DNA of 64,000 bases from an uncultured Verrucomicrobiae bacterium (GTDB lineage: Bacteria > Verrucomicrobiota > Verrucomicrobiia > Chthoniobacterales > JAFAMB01), in NCBI GenBank assembly GCA_963837955.1, contig CAWIPH010000002.1, forward strand, positions 4,736,001 through 4,800,000. The letters are read 5' to 3'. Shown here piece by piece: positions 1 to 10,037 of the stretch (its first letter is position 1; each line of letters begins with the position of its first letter). The notes under the pieces were generated by a model. It had not been told where the DNA came from, did not search any database, and was given only the letters and a program-made list of their open reading frames with translations. The translations under genes and the position numbers were made by a program.

Positions 1-1
1 T

Positions 2-589
2 GTCCAAGATCCGAGCACGCTCGTCGCCTGCGAGCTACTTGCACCAAAACCAGGCGAAACGGTACTCGACGCTTGCGCCGCGCCCGGGGGGAAGACCTGC
101 TATCTGGCCCAGTTGATGAAGAACCAAGGAACCCTCTTCGCCGGAGACTACGAGCCGCTCCGGCTCGCTCGGTTACAACAGAATCTGACGAGGCTGGGAG
201 TAACCAATGCGGAAGTGACCCTCATAGATTGGCTAAGGAACCCTCTCCCCGTCGGCAGTCCCACGTTCGATGCTATTTTGATCGATGCGCCATGCTCCAA
301 CACCGGCGTAATCCGTCGGCGCACGGACGTCCGTTGGCGCCTGACACCGGACGATTTCCGCCGAATGTCTCATTTACAACTGCGGATGGTCGAAAACATC
401 GTGCCCTATTTGCGCCGGGGAGGGCGGATGGTCTACAGCACCTGCAGCATTGAACCGGAAGAGAATGAGCATGTGGTTTCGCAAATTCTCGCCCACTTTC
501 CAGAGCTGAATTGTTTGGAGTCCCGTAAAGTGGGGCCACTCCAAAATCAAATGGACGGCGCTTTCGCGGCGCTCTTTCGTAAGGATTGA
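2..589 (+). CDS. rsmB: 16S rRNA m5C methyltransferase RsmB/NOP2 family, 5'-partial (runs off the window start)
   Basis: Open frame from base 2: VQDPS..VLDACAAPGGKT (SAM motif), DAPCSNTG and VYSTCS motifs. Confidence 0.9.
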   Translation, partial: VQDPSTLVACELLAPKPGETVLDACAAPGGKTCYLAQLMKNQGTLFAGDYEPLRLARLQQNLTRLGVTNAEVTLIDWLRNPLPVGSPTFDAILIDAPCSNTGVIRRRTDVRWRLTPDDFRRMSHLQLRMVENIVPYLRRGGRMVYSTCSIEPEENEHVVSQILAHFPELNCLESRKVGPLQNQMDGAFAALFRKD

Positions 590-590
590 T

Positions 591-620
591 AAAAAGGGCC
601 GCGGGAGGGATCCCGCCCTC
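591..620 (-). terminator. Probable intrinsic terminator between convergent genes
   Basis: GC-rich hairpin followed by a T-run on the minus strand (AAAAAGGGCC..GCCCT on +). Confidence 0.45.
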
Positions 621-623
621 CTC

Positions 624-2240
624 TTATTCCGACTCAATCATCTTTCCAGACGGCCACTCCGTCGTATAGTCGAACTCGATTTGTTTCTTCTCGCCTGGGC
701 CCAGATCGAGGTCCCAGGTGATTTTCCCGATATCCTTATCGACGCTGGTCGGTTTGATGGAATACTGGCCCGCCGTGACATTGATATCGTTATCCTGGGA
801 AACCGGGATCTGGTCGTAGACCGTTAGCTTCAGCGGATTTTTACGAAAGTTTTGAATCGCAATCTGGTATTTCCGCTGATTCTGTTTGCGATGCGAGAGA
901 ATCCCCACCTCGGAATCGCGATTTACCAATTCTTTGTACTCGATTTTCACTGCATCATCTCGACCACAAAACAGATCAAACTCCGCACCGGCTGGAACTT
1001 GAGCTAGGGACAGGCTCCCGATCAAATCACCGTCCCGGAACAGGTTCACCTTTCCTGGCAGCAGCGGGTCAGGGCTGGTGTTCTTGAGGTGATCCTTCAG
1101 GAACGCGGCCAATTCAAGCTTTGGAGTCGCCACGTACGATAGGTTTCCGTTCAGCTCGATTTGCGTAAGGTTCGTTCGGTGAGCTTGGCCGTCAGCGGGT
1201 ATCGTTACGGGTGCTGCCACCCGATAGGTCACTGAAAGTCCATTGCTCTCCAGTTGCGCGCTTTCGACCTCAGCTTGGACATCTTCATCACGGACGGCCT
1301 GACCCGGAGTCGGAGCAATAGTTGCTTTGCCGGCTTCCGACTTCAAAGCCGATCGAGGCGCAGGCAAGGGCACCGGCTGAGAGAATCTTAAATACCTAGG
1401 TTCCAGCTCAGGCATTTGGTCATTCTTTTCAGGACGAGCGGTGGAGACTGTTAATCTTGCATTTTCCCAATCTTCCCCGGTTCGCTGGCGAATCATCGCG
1501 TCGTACGACAGCGATACCTTCCCGCTAGAAGTGTCCACTCGCGCTTCGTATGTCGGCAGCCAAGAAGCGTTGTGAACAACGTAGCGTAGCTCAACGTGAA
1601 GTTGCGTAGCAGCCGGTGACTGGACACTAACGGACACACGACGTTGCTCCTTCTTTTGGCTGAGCTGGCTGAGCTCCGCCTGCACGCGTTCGATCTCAGG
1701 ATTGAGCTTGCGCTCCGCCGCGTCGACATCGAGGAAGGCGGCGGCAATCGTTGTTAATTCCCCCGAATAAAGCTCGTAAAGTTTCTTGAGCTCATCGGAC
1801 GAGAAAACCTGCTTATCATTGCGATCTCCGCCCGTATTCAATTTGCGGAAGAATTCTCGTTTGTCTTCGAGAACGCTTTTTTGCGATTGCAGTGCTCGTT
1901 GCTGATTCTGGAGCTGTTCGAGCTGCTTCAGGAGATCCGAGCTACGCGCATCGGCATTTCCGCTCAAGAATTCCCTCTGAACGTCCATCCCACGAATGGT
2001 GACTGAGCTACCGGCGCGAATGCTGACTCCTACAGAATTATCATCCAAGTCAGCGGGAAGACCTGTCAAATCAAACTGAGAGTCTCCGGCTGGCACATCC
2101 ACACTGACCTCACGCGACACCCGAGCGCGATCAGCATAAACAACTACTTCGGTTATCTTCGAAATTGCGGCTGGATCAGCAAAAACCGAAGAGCAAAGTT
2201 GCAAACTCAGCCCAGCGCAAACCCAAAAGCGAAAGTGCAT
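624..2240 (-). CDS. DUF4140/DUF4139 (mucoidy inhibitor MuiA-like) exported protein
   Basis: Signal peptide, VVVYADRARV N-terminal motif, coiled coil, YVVHNASWLPTYEAR, QRTGEDWENARLTVST and VYDQIPVS motifs. Confidence 0.85.
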   Translation of the reverse strand: MHFRFWVCAGLSLQLCSSVFADPAAISKITEVVVYADRARVSREVSVDVPAGDSQFDLTGLPADLDDNSVGVSIRAGSSVTIRGMDVQREFLSGNADARSSDLLKQLEQLQNQQRALQSQKSVLEDKREFFRKLNTGGDRNDKQVFSSDELKKLYELYSGELTTIAAAFLDVDAAERKLNPEIERVQAELSQLSQKKEQRRVSVSVQSPAATQLHVELRYVVHNASWLPTYEARVDTSSGKVSLSYDAMIRQRTGEDWENARLTVSTARPEKNDQMPELEPRYLRFSQPVPLPAPRSALKSEAGKATIAPTPGQAVRDEDVQAEVESAQLESNGLSVTYRVAAPVTIPADGQAHRTNLTQIELNGNLSYVATPKLELAAFLKDHLKNTSPDPLLPGKVNLFRDGDLIGSLSLAQVPAGAEFDLFCGRDDAVKIEYKELVNRDSEVGILSHRKQNQRKYQIAIQNFRKNPLKLTVYDQIPVSQDNDINVTAGQYSIKPTSVDKDIGKITWDLDLGPGEKKQIEFDYTTEWPSGKMIESE

Positions 2241-2325
2241 GGTCGTAGATTGTCCAAGCACACGTGATGGCCGATTTCGGCTCAGCATGCCTGTCGGAGA
2301 TTTGACAGACCGATTCTCGCTTCGT

Positions 2326-2691
2326 TCAAACCGGTGCGTTTTGGCGAATCACGCGGTTCTCGGCGCCTAACAGAATCACATTGGGTTGGTGACTTGCGGC
2401 TTCCTCCACATCATACCAACCGAAGCTCATTATAGTGAGAAGATCACCTGGCTTCCCAAGATGCGCTGTCGCACCGTTCAATTCGATCAGGCCACGCCCT
2501 CGGGCGCCATAGATTACGTAGGTCTCGAACCGCTGACCGTTTGTCAGGTTGCCCGCCAAAATGCGTTCGTACTCTTCCAGACCGGCTTCGTCGGCGAGAT
2601 CGGCCGAAATCGTGATGCTACCTTCGTAGTTCACGTCGGCCCCTGTCACCGTAGCGCGATGGATTTTCGATTTAAGGAGAGAAATGTGCAC
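2326..2691 (-). CDS. panD: Aspartate 1-decarboxylase
   Basis: LKSKIHRATVT..YEGSITI (G-S autocleavage site), RFETYVI, LNGATAH. Confidence 0.95.
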   Translation of the reverse strand: MHISLLKSKIHRATVTGADVNYEGSITISADLADEAGLEEYERILAGNLTNGQRFETYVIYGARGRGLIELNGATAHLGKPGDLLTIMSFGWYDVEEAASHQPNVILLGAENRVIRQNAPV

Positions 2692-2755
2692 AATCGTTTA
2701 ATCCTACCTGCTAAATGCGTGCTGTCATCTTCGGCCAGCGGCCAAAATCGCTTTG

Positions 2756-3418
2756 TCAATCGTTCGGTCGAGTTCGCTTTGTGCAGATGTTTAAAACAGC
2801 AACCACTCTAGCAAGAAATTCTCGGCAGGTCAGTCGCCAGTTGTGACATCGCCCGACCGAATCCGCGTTTAGCCCAACTGCGTCGATTTGGCAATGCCTG
2901 CAGAAGAATAAAGCGCGACGGTTATGAAACTCTTGTGAGATGACCGTTAATCGATTTATCCCGAAGATGGATTTCGCCCGTATTACCGAATCCAGCGTGC
3001 GCACACCAGCCGGATCTTCCACTAAGACCTCCTCCGGGACACCGCGCATCATCAGAGCCCGACGCATTGCCGCCGGCTCATCGTACCCATCGTCCCGTCG
3101 ATGCCCGCTGAGAATGAGAATCTTAACCTTGCCCGCATGAAATAGTTGAGCAGCAGCATCCATTCGAAAGACGAAGTAGCGATTCGGTAGGCCATTCGCA
3201 AGCACCGGAGCGGTCCCCAGCAAAAGCCCGACTTCATTTTCCGGTGCTTCGGAAACAGAATTGAACACGGGAAAACCTCCGGCACGTGAAACCCACCAGT
3301 TACACAAAAATAGGAAAAAGCTCGCACCGCCGAGATTGAGTAAGATCGATCCGATGAGAAACCGACCGTTGAAATTGCCGAAGCGTCGGAAAAGCGACGA
3401 GACTGACCGATCCATCAT
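2756..3418 (-). CDS. sanA: SanA/YdcF (DUF218) family protein
   Basis: N-terminal TM helix, LLLGT, ILSG..YDEP, D.AGVRTLDSV.RA, ISQEFHNRRA, REFLARV. Confidence 0.8.
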   Translation of the reverse strand: MMDRSVSSLFRRFGNFNGRFLIGSILLNLGGASFFLFLCNWWVSRAGGFPVFNSVSEAPENEVGLLLGTAPVLANGLPNRYFVFRMDAAAQLFHAGKVKILILSGHRRDDGYDEPAAMRRALMMRGVPEEVLVEDPAGVRTLDSVIRAKSIFGINRLTVISQEFHNRRALFFCRHCQIDAVGLNADSVGRCHNWRLTCREFLARVVAVLNICTKRTRPND

Positions 3419-5109
3419 GAGCGCAATATCCGGATTAGGCCTTGCGGCAGATGTACCCTGACGAGAGCAAGCGCAATGAGCAGCAGATTAGCGTTCGGTC
3501 GAAATCCAAGATACCGCCCCTGCCAGATCGGCTGGTATTTCTTTTTAAATTCGAATAGGGACTTATATCCGTAATAACGGTTAAACTTCTCGAACAAAAA
3601 TTTTACGGCTTTCTCTTCCCTGCCGTAAAGCCGCCGATTCTGCTCGACGTTGGCTAAGGGCGCATTCCCCAAGCTAACCTCTTCCACTTCGAGTTCCCTA
3701 AAATGATCGATCGACTCCACTATCAAAAAATCCATCACGCCTTTCGCAGACGAATGGCTTCGCATCAGGTCAAGGCTGCGTCCGCGACCTCGCTTGTATG
3801 GGAGCCAGGTCGCGAAGGCTTCCAACTTGGAGTCCGCGTCGAAAATTGTGGCTACTCCACCTCTTCGGATTTGCTGGAGATTGAATGATCCGAGATCGAA
3901 ACCCATCTCTGTTCCTTGTTTTTCCCGCACCCATTCATCTGAAAGAATCTTAAGCTGAGCTTCGAGCCCGTAATCATAAGGCCCATTACCAGGCTGGTAC
4001 CAGCGGAGCTCTTTGCCATCCTTCCGGGCTTTGTTACACGCAGTCCTCAGGTTCTGGAACTTGCCTCCTTTTAGATTGAAATCGCTGACACTCAGTCGAG
4101 CATCCTCGCCTACCTTGAAACTTTTCAGGCCACACTGGCTAAAAATTGGTCGCAGCTCCGAGCGAGCGAAATAGAACACCGGCTGCCAATCTTGCGCTGC
4201 ACAGAAGCGGACGAAATCTTGGGTGGCCGAGAACCAATTCTCCGGCGGGCCCACCGGTCCGACCAAACAGACGGCAAAATTTCGCCAAAGCGCGTAGGCA
4301 AAGAAAGAACGACCGTCAGCCGTAAAGAAATACCGCTTGTCCGGTAGCAGCGCAAATTCATCCAGCGGGTCAGATCCACAATCGTCAATTATCTTTCGAA
4401 CCCGAGTGAGATCTGAACTGGAGGTGACTCTCCGTTCGAAAACTGGTCGGAGCAAGAGCGCCACCATGATCAAGCCGCAAAACATTCCACCTGCACTAAC
4501 CTGGATAAAAAAACTTGCTGCTCGCGGAGTAACCGCGATCTGCGAATCGGTTGATTGCAGGAAGATGAGTTCCAACGCCGTTTGCACCGCGCCAGCAACG
4601 TCTACGCGGCCGGCTACCTGCCCATGGAGTTGCACTAAACCAGAAACGGCATACACAAAGACTCCAATAAAAATCGGTACGCCAATGACCAATGCCCATC
4701 GAATTGAGCCCCGATCCGACTCGGCTATGTAGTCTCGGCGTCGCCAAATGAGCAGCGCAAAGATGGCGGCCGGCAGAATCGCACGATCAAGAGCGAGTCC
4801 CCGAGCAAGCTGCAAAATTGTTGTCAGGGACAATAAGACGACGGCGATCCACCAGGCCGCTCGTTTGCGACGCCAAACACCGCGAGCGATTCCGAGCAAG
4901 CAAAAACCGCTTAAATACATGCCCAGGCGGCTCGATTCAGACATGTCGAGTGGAAGGAATGGCTCCATCCATTCGATGACGCCCGGCTCTTTCGGGAGTA
5001 AGGCCTCGAGGATGCTTATGATCCCGACCGTCGCTACGAACCAGGCGACCAAATGCACCCAACGTTGCGTGCGACGAAATTCTGCCTGGGCTTCCTTGCT
5101 CGGTTTCAC
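3415..5109 (-). CDS. mprF: Aminoacyl-phosphatidylglycerol synthase (MprF/LpiA-like, DUF2156 catalytic domain)
   Basis: About 6 TM helices, then DKRYFF, GEDA, EMGFDLG, LDLMR, SLGNAPLA, YGYKSLFEFKKKYQP.W motifs. Confidence 0.88.
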   Translation of the reverse strand: MKPSKEAQAEFRRTQRWVHLVAWFVATVGIISILEALLPKEPGVIEWMEPFLPLDMSESSRLGMYLSGFCLLGIARGVWRRKRAAWWIAVVLLSLTTILQLARGLALDRAILPAAIFALLIWRRRDYIAESDRGSIRWALVIGVPIFIGVFVYAVSGLVQLHGQVAGRVDVAGAVQTALELIFLQSTDSQIAVTPRAASFFIQVSAGGMFCGLIMVALLLRPVFERRVTSSSDLTRVRKIIDDCGSDPLDEFALLPDKRYFFTADGRSFFAYALWRNFAVCLVGPVGPPENWFSATQDFVRFCAAQDWQPVFYFARSELRPIFSQCGLKSFKVGEDARLSVSDFNLKGGKFQNLRTACNKARKDGKELRWYQPGNGPYDYGLEAQLKILSDEWVREKQGTEMGFDLGSFNLQQIRRGGVATIFDADSKLEAFATWLPYKRGRGRSLDLMRSHSSAKGVMDFLIVESIDHFRELEVEEVSLGNAPLANVEQNRRLYGREEKAVKFLFEKFNRYYGYKSLFEFKKKYQPIWQGRYLGFRPNANLLLIALALVRVHLPQGLIRILRS

Positions 5110-5127
5110 TTCAGATCGTCTTCCGCG

Positions 5128-5898
5128 TTAGTCGCTGGTCACACGATCGCCAACTGATTTTGCCGGGTCGAGAATCCAATTGATACCTTCGAGCAAATCG
5201 TGTTCAAACGCCTCGTCGACGCCGTTAAAATCATGGTTCGAATTCTCTAGCTCAAACAATCGATGCGGACTCTTGAGGCCCTTGATCCAATCCGTGTTAT
5301 TCATCCAATCACCGACCCCTTCGAACTGGACTACCCGGAGATTAGCAACCTGTGCGGTAAAATCGCCGACTCCAAAAGTGTCTTCTCCCTCCGGTTCAAG
5401 TCCGACTCTTTCGGGTAAACGCAGACCGTAACGGCCGCGCTTACCCGCGCTAAGCAGAACCAACCCTACCAAACTCCGCGGCCGTCCCACATCTCCGGCA
5501 GCGGCGACGGCTTGAACCGCGCCCATGGACCAACCGCCATAAATGACTGGAAGACCAGGATTTTTGGTCCGAGCCAACGCATCTTGAGTAATCGCCGTAA
5601 AATCCGCGATCAACGTAGGAGCGTCGTAATCCGTTTCAGCGTACTTGTTACAATCGATGCCGACAGCGTAAATGCCTTGGCTTGCTAAGTACGTGCAAAC
5701 GCGATTCTCCAAGTAGCCCCAGCCACCATCCCCAGAGCCAAAAAGCAAGAGTGCCCGAGCAACTCCCGTAGTCGCAAAATGGTACGTTCCAAATGGTCCA
5801 CGTTTCAGCGGCAGAGTGATCGTCGGGGCTAGCGGTTCGTCACCGCTCGACGAATTCAACGTTCCAATCAAAAGAATAAAAACAAAAAGGGACCTCAT
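5128..5898 (-). CDS. AcvB/VirJ family alpha/beta hydrolase (aminoacyl-PG hydrolase)
   Basis: Signal peptide, SGDGGW, GWSMGA nucleophile elbow, NHDF; adjacent to mprF. Confidence 0.85.
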   Translation of the reverse strand: MRSLFVFILLIGTLNSSSGDEPLAPTITLPLKRGPFGTYHFATTGVARALLLFGSGDGGWGYLENRVCTYLASQGIYAVGIDCNKYAETDYDAPTLIADFTAITQDALARTKNPGLPVIYGGWSMGAVQAVAAAGDVGRPRSLVGLVLLSAGKRGRYGLRLPERVGLEPEGEDTFGVGDFTAQVANLRVVQFEGVGDWMNNTDWIKGLKSPHRLFELENSNHDFNGVDEAFEHDLLEGINWILDPAKSVGDRVTSD

Positions 5899-6043
5899 GC
5901 GGACAGGCGGAAGGGTTGAGATGAGTGAGCAGAATATGCGTCTGAACATCAGCAAGTTCGCATTCTCCGAATCTCTTTGAAGTATTAAGCACGAAGTCCG
6001 GACCTCTGAAATCACCATTTCCGAGAGCTCCCGAAAGCAGGGA

Positions 6044-6760
6044 TCAAACACCACCGACAATGTGAGGGAGAAGAGAGCGGAGCGTGCGGAAATCCCATTG
6101 CCCGGGTAGCGCAGCCTCGCCGCAGGCGGTGTATATCAGCTCTGAGCCCAGCTGGGCGAACAGCAATCTGGATATCTTTCCAAATGGCCCCATCCCCATC
6201 GCTGCAACTTTGATCCTTGATTGGCCAACCAGGAAATTGCCTAGTCGAACCAATTCTTCCCAGGAGTTCAATTGCGTCGAAATCTTAAAGATCGCGCCGG
6301 GGTACTGGGCTTCTGATTCATTTGCCCATCGCTCCATTTGTTCTTCGCTTGGCGTTTGCTCAAAATCATGAACCGAAATAATCAACTGTTTCGCAGCGGC
6401 GCGCGCTGCGCTGATCACTTCCGAGTAAAGGCTAAAGTTCCGCAACTCGATGTCGATGTATTCCACATGGGGAAGCAATCTTTCGAAGAGATTCAGGCGT
6501 TCCTTTTCGCTGAGACTTGGCCTACCGCCTTCCTTTGGATCGCGAATCGTCAATATTTTCGAAAACGGCAAAGCCATCCGGCATTCGCGTTCTTCAAACC
6601 GCTCTGTGGTTAAGAGATCCATGCGTAGCTCGCATAGGTCGAGACCAGCAAAATCTCCGCGAGTCACGAGTTCCCAGTCTGCTCGGGACGCGACTACCCC
6701 AACAATCCTGGGCTTGCGCCCAAGTAATCGGGCATCTATACGATCGGATTTGGTTTCCAT
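6044..6760 (-). CDS. aroD: Type I 3-dehydroquinate dehydratase
   Basis: ELRMD, LTIR..EGG, IDIEL, SVHDFEQTP, MGMG..G.ISR, ALPGQ. Confidence 0.9.
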   Translation of the reverse strand: METKSDRIDARLLGRKPRIVGVVASRADWELVTRGDFAGLDLCELRMDLLTTERFEERECRMALPFSKILTIRDPKEGGRPSLSEKERLNLFERLLPHVEYIDIELRNFSLYSEVISAARAAAKQLIISVHDFEQTPSEEQMERWANESEAQYPGAIFKISTQLNSWEELVRLGNFLVGQSRIKVAAMGMGPFGKISRLLFAQLGSELIYTACGEAALPGQWDFRTLRSLLPHIVGGV

Positions 6761-6806
6761 GAAGGTTGGGCCAGCAAACGGAAAATTAAAGAATAGGCTA
6801 CCGCGA

Positions 6807-8198
6807 CTGCTCGGGCGCAAGCAGGAAATCGATCTGCAGCTCAATCAGGTGATCGATGCTGTACTTTTAGTGCTTTCGTTGTGGGCGGCTCACACGCTCC
6901 GCTGGTACGTTGGAGAAGTCTTTCCGGGCATTCCAGAAATTGAACCATTCAAGGTTTTCGTGTGGCTCATTGTCATCATCATGCCCTTCGGGCCGCTGTT
7001 CTTGGATTTAAATGGGTTTTATCTTTTCCCCCTCCAGAAAAGTGTCTTGAAATCGACTGATCAGATCGCACGAGCAATGCTTTGGCTCGCGTTGCTGATC
7101 GCCGCCTGCACGATCTTCTTTAAGCTGAACGTTAACAGCCGCTCGGTCCTGATTTTATTTGCGGTGGTCGGGCTTATCGTCCTCCTGATTAAGGAACGCG
7201 TAGCGGTTGCTTACCTGCGAAGTAGAGTTGCGAACGGCGATTACAAGGAACGCGTGGTCATCGCTGGCTCGTCCGCAGAGATGCAAAGCTTCTCTGCGCG
7301 TCTCAGCGAAGATCAGCGCGCCGAAATCGACGTTGTCGAGGTCATCGATATCGGACAGCAGCCGATTTCGGAACTGGTTCGCGCGCTTCATCAGCATTCG
7401 GTTGGACGCGTGCTCTTCGTGACCTCGCGGACGGAGTTGAGTAGGGTGGAAGAAGCAATTGCCGCTTGCGAAATCGAGGGGGTCGAAGCGTGGCTCATCG
7501 CTGGTTTCATCCGCACTTCAATCGCCCGTCCGGTGTTTGATCTCTTCGGCTCTCAACCGATGCTGGTTTTTCGATCCACGCCAGATGTATCGTGGTCCCT
7601 TTTGATCAAGCGCAGCGTCGACTTGGTTGGCTCGCTAATCGGCCTCATCCTCTTCGCTCCACTCATGTTTGTCGTTGCGGTCTTGATTCGGATGACTTCC
7701 CCTGGACCGGCGATCTTCGCGCAGACCCGTTGCGGCAAACATGGCGAACCATTCAAAATGTTCAAATTCCGGTCGATGTATTCCGATGCCGAACAGCGAC
7801 GGCACGAACTGGAAGAATACAATCAGATGAGCGGCCCGGTTTTCAAGCTGGAGAAGGATCCGCGAATCACGCCGCTCGGACGCTGGTTGCGCAGGTATAG
7901 TATCGACGAGTTGCCGCAACTTTTTAACGTTCTGACCGGCCAAATGAGTTTAGTGGGACCGCGTCCCCTACCCACTTACGAAGTGGAAAATTTTGCCAAT
8001 CCAGCGCAAAGACGTCGTCTGAGCGTCAAACCAGGGATCACCTGTTTATGGCAGATCTCCGGACGAAGCGAGGTGCGAGAATTTGAGGCGTGGGTGAAAC
8101 TCGATCTGGAATACATTGATAACTGGTCCATTTGGCTCGATTTCCGCATTCTGTTACTGACCGCTCCAGCGGTTCTAGGCGGCTCCGGAGCTAGATGA
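6807..8198 (+). CDS. Polyprenyl-phosphate sugar phosphotransferase (EPS priming glycosyltransferase); start uncertain (CTG 6807 or ATG 6759)
   Basis: N-terminal TM helices; [60 protein letters not shown]. Confidence 0.92.
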   Translation: MLGRKQEIDLQLNQVIDAVLLVLSLWAAHTLRWYVGEVFPGIPEIEPFKVFVWLIVIIMPFGPLFLDLNGFYLFPLQKSVLKSTDQIARAMLWLALLIAACTIFFKLNVNSRSVLILFAVVGLIVLLIKERVAVAYLRSRVANGDYKERVVIAGSSAEMQSFSARLSEDQRAEIDVVEVIDIGQQPISELVRALHQHSVGRVLFVTSRTELSRVEEAIAACEIEGVEAWLIAGFIRTSIARPVFDLFGSQPMLVFRSTPDVSWSLLIKRSVDLVGSLIGLILFAPLMFVVAVLIRMTSPGPAIFAQTRCGKHGEPFKMFKFRSMYSDAEQRRHELEEYNQMSGPVFKLEKDPRITPLGRWLRRYSIDELPQLFNVLTGQMSLVGPRPLPTYEVENFANPAQRRRLSVKPGITCLWQISGRSEVREFEAWVKLDLEYIDNWSIWLDFRILLLTAPAVLGGSGAR

Positions 8199-8273
8199 GC
8201 TCGGGTCCGCGTGATCCATCAGTCGCGACGGTGTGGGATTCCCACGATTGACGCCATTCTTCGATGGCGGTCC

Positions 8274-8948
8274 CTATTCGCCCAACTTTTCGTAGAAGCG
8301 CAGCGCCTCAATCTTTGGCACCAACTCGTATAGCGGGTAAATACCTTCTTCTCCATTCGATCCCGGATCTTGGATCAGATAACGAAAACCCCGTTTTCCG
8401 ACGATAACCACAAAATGGGTAATCCCGGAACTCAAGCGGATACGAATGATGACCGGATTACCGTGTAATAGATTGTTATCGATAAGATAGTAGGAAGGAG
8501 CGTCCTCGTAGACATGCTTTGCCTTTCCCGGCGCAAAAGCGGCCGCTTTCTCCCAGTAAAGCCAGCCCTGCGGGGTGTAACCACCGTTGTCAGTCAGAAA
8601 CGTATTGAGCGCGCCCGGATCAACGTTTACTCCGTAGTAAGCGAGCACCATAGCCGCCGAGCTCACCGCACAACCTTCGCCGCCAATCGTCGAGTCGGTT
8701 GGGCCAAGTAGATCCTCCGCCCACCTAGGGTCAGCTTGCGCAAATCTCGGAACATTCAACTCGACCCGAGAGAAAAAATACATCCCGCCTGAAGCTGAGA
8801 TCTCCCTCTTGCCGAAGTAATAGGTCAAAGCAGCTGCGACCAACAGCAATACCAAGAACACGGCTCCGACAATCAAGATTGATTTTCCGCGGGGGCGATT
8901 TCGATATACGGTCTCGGGTGGGTTCGCCTCAATCTTTTCCGTCTGCAT
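8274..8948 (-). CDS. Membrane-anchored C39-like (papain-fold) peptidase
   Basis: TM helix, then Q.DPRW..TIG.EGCAVSSAAM (Cys), HFVVIVG (His), IQDP. Confidence 0.8.
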   Translation of the reverse strand: MQTEKIEANPPETVYRNRPRGKSILIVGAVFLVLLLVAAALTYYFGKREISASGGMYFFSRVELNVPRFAQADPRWAEDLLGPTDSTIGGEGCAVSSAAMVLAYYGVNVDPGALNTFLTDNGGYTPQGWLYWEKAAAFAPGKAKHVYEDAPSYYLIDNNLLHGNPVIIRIRLSSGITHFVVIVGKRGFRYLIQDPGSNGEEGIYPLYELVPKIEALRFYEKLGE

Positions 8949-9158
8949 GAGCAATCCTCAACGGGATGCCACTCATGTTACGCAGTTTACCGATCCGTGC
9001 CGCATTTATTGTTTCGAATAGATTCTAAACTTTTGGGTCCTTTGGCCGATGAATTTGATTACGTCTGTACAAAGTTTCGCAATTCGCTGCAAAATGTGCA
9101 TCAGCCCGTAGTACAGCCCAACGGCCTTGAATTGCGGATCTGATGCCAGTGACGTGGG

Positions 9159-10037
9159 ATGAAAAGCAGCTTCCTCCAGTACAATCGGCGATATCTGCTT
9201 CTGGTTGTGATCATTGTTCCGATTCTGATTGCGACCCTATTCTTCTACGTCTCGCGCCAAATCCGGATGCAGCAAACCGCGGCGCTCCTTTGGGTCCGTC
9301 ATTCCTATTTGGTGCGAGAGAAGCTCCACGTCGTCGAAACTTTGGTTTATCGAGCTCAAAGCACCCAACGCGGATACTTGCTGACCGGACACCCCGAGTA
9401 CATCGGAGTATATCTTATCGCGAGGGCCAATCTGCTTTTTGAGACTCTCCTCCTCCGTATCATGGTCGCGGGAAACCCTTCACAGGAGGAACGCGCCCTT
9501 GATCTTCAGACGACGATCCAGGCCAAATTGGCAGAGCTAACGCAAGGCTTAGACCTGCGCTCCGCCGGCAGTGAAAGCGCCTCTCAGGATCTTTTGAAAT
9601 CCGACCGCGGCTGGAATCTGACGATCACCACGCGTGAACAAATATTAGCCATGCGTGCGGCGGAGGACAAGCTGCTGGCCGAGCGGAATGCCGTCAGCGA
9701 GGAAAAGCTTGACCTCAGAGAGAACATTTCAACCATCCTGTTACTTGCAAGCACCGCCGTGGTCGTCGGCGCGGGTATTCTCTTTCTGCGAATTCAATTG
9801 CTGCAAAACATTATTACGGTCTGCGCTTGGACCCAGCGTGTTAACTACCGCGGCAAGTGGATGCGGATGGAAGAATTTCTGTGGGAACGCTTTCGCGTGA
9901 AAGTCTCGCACGGAATTTCTGAGGAGGCGTTTGATGGAGTAATGGGTATTGTTGGAAAGAAATTGACCGTTTCAGAAAGGCGCAACGAACCGCCCCCGGC
10001 GGTGCAAGAACCCAATGAAGATCCGTCCGCAAGTTGA
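9159..10037 (+). CDS. CHASE3 membrane sensor without kinase domain
   Basis: TM, WVRHSY.V..AQSTQRGYLLTG (CHASE3), second TM, short C-terminal CAW..W..E....SHGI domain. Confidence 0.82.
   Translation: MKSSFLQYNRRYLLLVVIIVPILIATLFFYVSRQIRMQQTAALLWVRHSYLVREKLHVVETLVYRAQSTQRGYLLTGHPEYIGVYLIARANLLFETLLLRIMVAGNPSQEERALDLQTTIQAKLAELTQGLDLRSAGSESASQDLLKSDRGWNLTITTREQILAMRAAEDKLLAERNAVSEEKLDLRENISTILLLASTAVVVGAGILFLRIQLLQNIITVCAWTQRVNYRGKWMRMEEFLWERFRVKVSHGISEEAFDGVMGIVGKKLTVSERRNEPPPAVQEPNEDPSAS

Noticed and set aside
6450..6806. Long N-terminal extension of the sugar transferase in the ORF track
   Set aside because: Mostly antisense to aroD and not protein-like; a shadow extension.
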